Shown here: positions 55,026-59,419 of the stretch, in pieces
Numbering within the stretch: position 1 is the first letter of the stretch
Layout: every line of letters begins with the position of its first letter
IMG/VR virus record: IMGVR_UViG_3300008108_000072
Location: 1 to 59,419 of that record
DNA: 59,419 bases
Source: a virus
Taxonomy: Duplodnaviria; Caudoviricetes
Direction: 5' to 3' (one strand)
Made by a program: the position numbers and the translations under genes
The notes under the pieces: generated by a model
Told to the model about the DNA's origin: nothing
The model's input: only the letters and a program-made list of their open reading frames with translations
Database searches by the model: none

Positions 55026-55296
55026 CGGATTTAAAGCGATCGGACCAGGCAGTGTTGAAGCGTTCACGAAGATTCTCAATCATAGTGTAGCGTTGAACAA
55101 TCTCACTGTCCATAGGAAGATCATAAATTCCATAAGGACAAGCAAAATTCATCGTTTCAACTGCTTGAAGTAGTACATCACAAATCATTTGATGCTCAGC
55201 ATATGTCAATGTAATGTTGAGATCATTCCGATCAATGTGAAGATCATCGTTTGTATCTTCAACGATGAGTTGATTGATTACAGGGAGCGAAATCAT
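55012..55296 (-). CDS. Hypothetical protein
   Basis: 94-aa ORF in operon. Confidence 0.65.
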   Translation of the reverse strand: MISLPVINQLIVEDTNDDLHIDRNDLNITLTYAEHQMICDVLLQAVETMNFACPYGIYDLPMDSEIVQRYTMIENLRERFNTAWSDRFKSDEIH

Positions 55297-55298
55297 AA

Positions 55299-55457
55299 TC
55301 AGAAAGCAATCTCGTCGAGAGTGGGCATAGGACCAGCAGATACAGTTTCAGTACACTCTGCTGTCACAGTATCGCCAGCAATAGCATCAAGAATGCTCAG
55401 AATTTGTTCGCCATTGGAACCCTTACGGAGCATGGAGATCAGAAGTTGCTTGCTCAT
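55299..55457 (-). CDS. Hypothetical protein (MSKQLLISMLRKG...)
   Basis: Start re-assigned. Confidence 0.65.
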   Translation of the reverse strand: MSKQLLISMLRKGSNGEQILSILDAIAGDTVTAECTETVSAGPMPTLDEIAF

Positions 55458-55482
55458 GGTAATAAAATAATAAGGTTTACAA

Positions 55483-55644
55483 TTAGTCTTCGATAGGGAA
55501 CAGTTGCCAAGTGTCAGGGCGAATGCCCATCTCTTCACAACGAACCTCGTAGGCAATACGCTGGAGCAGACGGAGATCCATGTCTAGCACCGCTTTACGG
55601 ATGGTGTGACGGATCTGGGCGTCTTGGGTGGTGTCAGTAACCAT
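55483..55644 (-). CDS. 53-aa hypothetical early protein (MVTDTTQDAQIR...)
   Basis: Translated by hand; promoter TATAAT (55668-55673) with palindrome at 55707-55724. Confidence 0.7.
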   Translation of the reverse strand: MVTDTTQDAQIRHTIRKAVLDMDLRLLQRIAYEVRCEEMGIRPDTWQLFPIED

Positions 55645-55714
55645 GTCGGTTGCTTGAGTACCTACTCATTATAGGGGTGAAACCACCCCGATGTGGGGTG
55701 GTGTGTGCCAGTTG

Positions 55715-56128
55715 TCAGACTGCCAGTGCTGCCGAAGGAATCTCGGCAATGGTGGGCATAGTGTTCTCTTCGAACTGGTGACGATCATAGCAGATCCACT
55801 CATCATCGAGCGTGAAGATGTAAGCATACTCTTCGCCATCTGCCAAGTAGTCATACTTGTTGGCATCGAGGCGAGGGGGGCAATCCTCACCACGCTGAGA
55901 GTAGTAGTTAGGACCATACTCAGATGGCTTGCCATTGTGATCCATGGGCAGCTCAGTCCAGCAACAGCTCATGTCACCACCATCAATCAGCTCAGCCGCC
56001 TTCTCACGGCTGTTGTAGTGGGTCTTGAGGATACGACCCAGCCACTCGGGATAGCCATCCCAGTGGTGATACACCGAAAGGATCGACTCGTCGGGAAGCA
56101 TGATGCCGATTCGTGAGCGGGTTGCCAT
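55715..56128 (-). CDS. Conserved phage hypothetical early protein
   Basis: MATRSRIG..SVYHHWDGYP..G, LIDGGDMS, EEYAYIF motifs; promoter with palindrome at 56153-56208. Confidence 0.85.
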   Translation of the reverse strand: MATRSRIGIMLPDESILSVYHHWDGYPEWLGRILKTHYNSREKAAELIDGGDMSCCWTELPMDHNGKPSEYGPNYYSQRGEDCPPRLDANKYDYLADGEEYAYIFTLDDEWICYDRHQFEENTMPTIAEIPSAALAV

Positions 56129-56206
56129 GTGGTCTCCGTTGTTGACTCACTTAATATAGGGCAAAACAAAGGGGGCGTCAAGCCCCCTGTGCCACTTGCT
56201 CAACTG

Positions 56207-56371
56207 TCACCCACCATTCTCTCGGATGCTTCTCACAAGATACGCTGTAAATTGTTCCATTTTTTCAGGTGATACTGACTGGGGAAGATCATGAATGGCA
56301 TTTCTCAGAGCAACCATTTCGCTCCATTCTTCATTGTTGAGATTGCTATTTGGTTGTTTTGGGAGAGTCAT
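56207..56371 (-). CDS. Hypothetical protein (MTLPKQ...)
   Basis: GAGGT RBS; TGTATAAT upstream at about 56401. Confidence 0.7.
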   Translation of the reverse strand: MTLPKQPNSNLNNEEWSEMVALRNAIHDLPQSVSPEKMEQFTAYLVRSIRENGG

Positions 56372-56439
56372 AGATACCTCGTTTGTCAGCATTTCAACAC
56401 ATTATACATGTATTTAACCAAAATATGTTATTTGTGTAG

Positions 56440-56658
56440 TTATGTGAAAGGACCAAACATTCCTTTATCACCATTCATACGCTCTTCCATCTTATCGATG
56501 AACTCATCAATCTTCATCAGTTGATCAATATCACCAATCATAGCAGAAATAGTTTTACATACCAGGGGTCGTTCCTGTCGAGCAGCATATGCTAGGGCAT
56601 TACGAAGCGATGCTTCGGCTTCTTTTAAACTGGTAGCTACAGATTCAGATAGTGCCAT
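56440..56658 (-). CDS. Conserved hypothetical protein
   Basis: MALSESV..SLKEAEASLRNALAYAARQERP motif. Confidence 0.8.
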   Translation of the reverse strand: MALSESVATSLKEAEASLRNALAYAARQERPLVCKTISAMIGDIDQLMKIDEFIDKMEERMNGDKGMFGPFT

Positions 56659-56933
56659 TACTTCATTACCTCGTAGTGTTTGGTCAGTGTGTCAATAAAT
56701 TTTTTGGTCGTTTGTTTGTCAAGCAATACTTCAGCAAATGCTCCACACCCATACCTTGATTTCTTACCAAGAATATACAGGAAAGCATACTTCAAACGTT
56801 GCCAGATGCCAAGATCAGACAGATGAACATGAAACCAAATGGTATCATTAAAATCTGGATCAGCATCAAAAGATAGAACCAGTTGGTGATCTATCTCACC
56901 ACACTGACAAACAAATAAAGTATTACTTTCCAT
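56658..56933 (-). CDS. Hypothetical protein
   Basis: 91 aa, CxC..H and WQRLKYA..YILG pattern. Confidence 0.7.
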   Translation of the reverse strand: MESNTLFVCQCGEIDHQLVLSFDADPDFNDTIWFHVHLSDLGIWQRLKYAFLYILGKKSRYGCGAFAEVLLDKQTTKKFIDTLTKHYEVMK

Positions 56934-57195
56934 GATTGTTGATGGTTGTTTGCCAAAATGTGGTAGTCATATCTTGTGATCCTGCCATACGAGCAACCAC
57001 GTTGCCATCAATCAACGCCACAAGCGTTGGTGTTGCCACAACACCACATTCTTTGGCGAATTCAGACCACTGACCATTTTCTTTAGCTGGTGTGATAGTT
57101 ACCACATTTTCCCAACCTTCTACTTTCTTCAGTTGTGTTTCGGCATACAAGCAAGGACGGCATCCTTCCTGTACAAATAAATGTATTTCTTTCAT
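56923..57195 (-). CDS. Thioredoxin/glutaredoxin-like protein
   Basis: CRPC active site and GVVATPTLV cis-Pro motif. Confidence 0.85.
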   Translation of the reverse strand: MKEIHLFVQEGCRPCLYAETQLKKVEGWENVVTITPAKENGQWSEFAKECGVVATPTLVALIDGNVVARMAGSQDMTTTFWQTTINNHGK

Positions 57196-57536
57196 TGGGT
57201 GAGTTCGGCGTTGTTACACATTGCTTCCATTTCTTCTTCAGTATATTGAGGATTCTCTGGATTTTCAAGGCGAGAGAGTTGTGCTCTCACATCATCAAGT
57301 TCTTTGCCAGCATTAATTGCTGTTCTCCAAGCACATTGAAAATTACGATCATAATCTTCAAGATAATATTTGATGTAATCACACGAAGCATACATCAAGG
57401 ATTCTGCTCGACTCTTATCATTATTGTCAAGATATTCAAGAGCAGTTTCCATCATTTCCTTGATGTATCCAAGTTTGGATGTCATCATATCAAGTTCGTT
57501 CATGCTGTCCCAGACATCGCTGTAAGTAGTCATCAA
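57192..57536 (-). CDS. Hypothetical helical protein
   Basis: 114-aa ORF with coupled overlaps. Confidence 0.7.
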   Translation of the reverse strand: MMTTYSDVWDSMNELDMMTSKLGYIKEMMETALEYLDNNDKSRAESLMYASCDYIKYYLEDYDRNFQCAWRTAINAGKELDDVRAQLSRLENPENPQYTEEEMEAMCNNAELTQ

Positions 57537-57718
57537 GTGTCTCCAAGCGTGAAGTTTCTAAGAGTATACTCGCTTTGATCCATCATGTCAAGTCGGTTCA
57601 GGATCTCATACAGAGTATTGTCAGTCTCGATTTGCTCATCTTTGAGACGGTCTACCAGCAATTCAAGTTGGTATATTCGTTCCGCCAAAGATTCGTATTC
57701 AAAATTATATTCTGACAT
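57533..57718 (-). CDS. Coiled-coil hypothetical protein
   Basis: Likely start MSEYNF; ETDNTLYEILNRLD pattern. Confidence 0.65.
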   Translation of the reverse strand: MSEYNFEYESLAERIYQLELLVDRLKDEQIETDNTLYEILNRLDMMDQSEYTLRNFTLGDT

Positions 57719-57720
57719 AA

Positions 57721-58233
57721 TTATGCTACCCAATCTGGTTTACGTTCTGGCATACGAAGATAATTAGATGCAACCCAAGGTTTGGACGAAATATACATCT
57801 TGTAAGCAGTAAAAGTGTCAATGCTTGTGTCAAGTTTAAATTCATCTGGCATAGCACGGGCGAATGGTGTTACTTCAGTAATTTTACCCTTTGGGAACAG
57901 ATAATATGCTTCCAAAAGAGTAAAATAACATGAATGTGGTTTTCCATAACGAAGTTCAAATTCATCACACAAATTCATACCATGTTTAATCAACCAGTAG
58001 GCATTATGAATAGATTCTGCTGCCCATTGTGTACATGGATGATTACGAAATGCTCCCTTTTCTGTGGCATATGGAGTGGCATCTGATTTATGAATAGGAC
58101 CATAATTATGATACCACTTCGATGCTACTATAGAAAGCATTTGACAGCACTCTAACGGCATCTTGACGATATGTTTGTCAGGAAGGCACAAAGCAGATTC
58201 TGCTGGCCATGGTGATGTGACAAAGATGTTCAT
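57721..58233 (-). CDS. denV: Pyrimidine-dimer DNA glycosylase/endonuclease V-family protein
   Basis: MNIF..P..SA..LPDKHIVKMPLECCQML, NHPCTQWA, FARAMPD, AYKMY motifs; symbol denotes the family, not proven orthology. Confidence 0.7.
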   Translation of the reverse strand: MNIFVTSPWPAESALCLPDKHIVKMPLECCQMLSIVASKWYHNYGPIHKSDATPYATEKGAFRNHPCTQWAAESIHNAYWLIKHGMNLCDEFELRYGKPHSCYFTLLEAYYLFPKGKITEVTPFARAMPDEFKLDTSIDTFTAYKMYISSKPWVASNYLRMPERKPDWVA

Positions 58234-58397
58234 AGGATTCCAACTTCTTTAAGATACTCACGATAGCGTATAAACCGTCCAAGTTTTGGCTGGTTCACAA
58301 CTTGTAACTGATGACAAATTTCACAATAACACAACCAATCATACCATGGCGTAGTAGGATCCAGTTCGTGATATGGGTATTCTTTAGAGTTTTCCAC
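58230..58397 (-). CDS. 55-aa hypothetical protein (…LDPTTPWYDWLCYCEIC…), GTG start
   Basis: Translated by hand; fills the gap with an ATGA overlap to the next gene. Confidence 0.6.
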   Translation of the reverse strand: MENSKEYPYHELDPTTPWYDWLCYCEICHQLQVVNQPKLGRFIRYREYLKEVGIL

Positions 58398-58608
58398 CTA
58401 CTACTCCTTCGTGTGTTTGTGCTTCTGGGAATCCTTCTTGAAGCCATTTAAGATAACATCGAGTAGCATTAACACATTGTTCCTCTGTGAGAGATGTAAT
58501 GATAGGTTTTTCATTTTTATCAAAAGAGTGCCAAAGTCCATAAGGAGTTTTCTTTAAATAAAATGCTCCTTCATCATAGAAAATTTGCTCGTTGTTCTGG
58601 TCGCTCAT
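58384..58608 (-). CDS. Hypothetical protein (MSDQNNEQ...VVGGKL)
   Basis: Start re-assigned; GGAG RBS. Confidence 0.7.
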   Translation of the reverse strand: MSDQNNEQIFYDEGAFYLKKTPYGLWHSFDKNEKPIITSLTEEQCVNATRCYLKWLQEGFPEAQTHEGVVGGKL

Positions 58609-58804
58609 CTGGTACTCCTTCAATAATAATTTGTGCTGGTTCATCGTTCCAGTGGCGAACAACACCAGCAACGATGAACATATTAGTAATTAGATACGTA
58701 GCAAATATAATCGTTCTAACGATTGCTACTCGGTCTGCCACGTCGTCTTTTTTGTGTGCTTTCTCCCCCAGTGCTAGTGCCCACAGGTGCCACAGTTTTT
58801 TCAT
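58574..58804 (-). CDS. Small membrane hypothetical protein
   Basis: W.LWA.ALGEKA....ADRVA.VRT..TN.FIVAGV.RHW motif. Confidence 0.75.
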   Translation of the reverse strand: MKKLWHLWALALGEKAHKKDDVADRVAIVRTIIFATYLITNMFIVAGVVRHWNDEPAQIIIEGVPDERPEQRANFL

Positions 58805-59093
58805 TTGGTTCAAAGAATTGATCTAGTGAAGAGAATAGTTGTTGTTTGGGTTTCCTGCCACGTTTCTTCGGTGTTTCTACAGGTTCTTCCTTATCCACTA
58901 CAGGAAGTGGCACAGCAAGAGCAGGATCTTGATAATGAATGGTAACATCCTTTGCCTTGATCTTGTAGCGAGTCAAATGCTTTTCCAGATGATTCTGGCA
59001 CTGAAACCAGCAGATTTTACGTTCCTTCCCATCTTGATACTCCAGACGAACTGGAAATCCGCTGTGAGGGAACAGGTCTTGGTCTTGCTTCAT
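58716..59093 (-). CDS. Hypothetical protein with basic tail
   Basis: FPHxGFPVRLE...CWFQCxxHLEK; KRGRKP and RRGRP AT-hook-like motifs. Confidence 0.7.
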   Translation of the reverse strand: MKQDQDLFPHSGFPVRLEYQDGKERKICWFQCQNHLEKHLTRYKIKAKDVTIHYQDPALAVPLPVVDKEEPVETPKKRGRKPKQQLFSSLDQFFEPNEKTVAPVGTSTGGESTQKRRRGRPSSNR

Positions 59094-59418
59094 AATGTTG
59101 TAATTTGCCGTTGAGAAAGGTAAGAGCACACTCGGGCCAGTCTTCCCACCGACCTTTGTAGTTCTCTGGATATACTACCACAGTTCGGGAGATCCGACAA
59201 GGGGTGACTTTGCCATGATTGCCGTTTGGCACCCATTCAAACCCAAGAAAAGCAGTATCTGATTCTACCATATCAGATATGTCGGTTTCATCAACAACCC
59301 ACAAGCGTCCCGATGGATCTAACCAGTATAGATCAAGAGCACCTCTGTAGTGTTCATGAAATGTCTTAGATTGACATACAGTTTCAGTAAATGGTTCTCC
59401 AAGATCATACGATGATCT
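59017..59418 (-). CDS. Hypothetical protein, 5'-truncated by the window edge
   Basis: Frame is open to the window end: RSSYDLGEPFT...YWLDPSGRLWV...PNGNHGKV. Confidence 0.7.
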   Translation of the reverse strand, partial: RSSYDLGEPFTETVCQSKTFHEHYRGALDLYWLDPSGRLWVVDETDISDMVESDTAFLGFEWVPNGNHGKVTPCRISRTVVVYPENYKGRWEDWPECALTFLNGKLQHYEARPRPVPSQRISSSSGVSRWEGT

Positions 59419-59419
59419 G

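Noticed and set aside
55497-55517. Additional palindrome-like sequence AACAGT-TGCCA-AGTGTC
   Set aside because: Spacer is 5 nt, it lies inside a coding region, and no convincing -10 box was identified at the conserved distance
40748-56208. Palindromic repeats read as a CRISPR array or as integron attC sites
   Set aside because: Spacing is irregular and gene-sized, copies are degenerate, there are no GTTRRRY/RYYYAAC boxes and no cas or integrase gene in the window; the fixed distance to -10 boxes points to a promoter element
1-59419. tRNA, rRNA, group I introns or inteins
   Set aside because: No cloverleaf with T-loop/D-loop consensus and no intron or intein signature recognised by eye; tRNAscan-SE and Infernal would be needed to exclude them formally

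Overview
This is a 59-kb segment of a T4-like cyanomyovirus (Kyanoviridae-type). Essentially all real genes are on the minus strand. Positions 1-39.5 kb hold an AT-rich late virion module: the start of neck gp13, two tandem glycine-rich (ALK/LTK-like, gp38-adhesin-like) paralogues, a 2888-aa tail-fibre-like protein, gp9-like, VrlC/DUF4815, gp8, gp7, gp6, gp25 and a PAAR-like gene, preceded by T4-type late promoters (TAAATA). A non-coding, very AT-rich tract with strand-polarised repeats (about 39.5-40.0 kb) separates this module from an early/accessory region (40-59 kb) of small ORFs, whose first ~2.4 kb are strikingly GC-rich. That region encodes two KTSC-like proteins, a Gp88-family protein, an HNH endonuclease, a tryptophan-halogenase-like protein, a 591-aa orphan, a frameshifted SPFH gene, a thioredoxin-like protein and a pyrimidine-dimer-glycosylase-like protein. 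The most notable signals are non-coding. (i) About 15 copies of a palindrome GMCAST-N6-ASTGKC, 14 of them 31-33 nt upstream of a sigma70-like -10 box and some apparently used bidirectionally. (ii) A 2x2 combinatorial mosaic of leader and promoter segments among four adjacent early cassettes, suggesting recombinational shuffling. (iii) Three cyanobacterial-type DnaA boxes (TTTTCCACA) next to an AT-rich tract and a possible promoter pointing into them. All family assignments come from motif recognition by eye; no searches were run.
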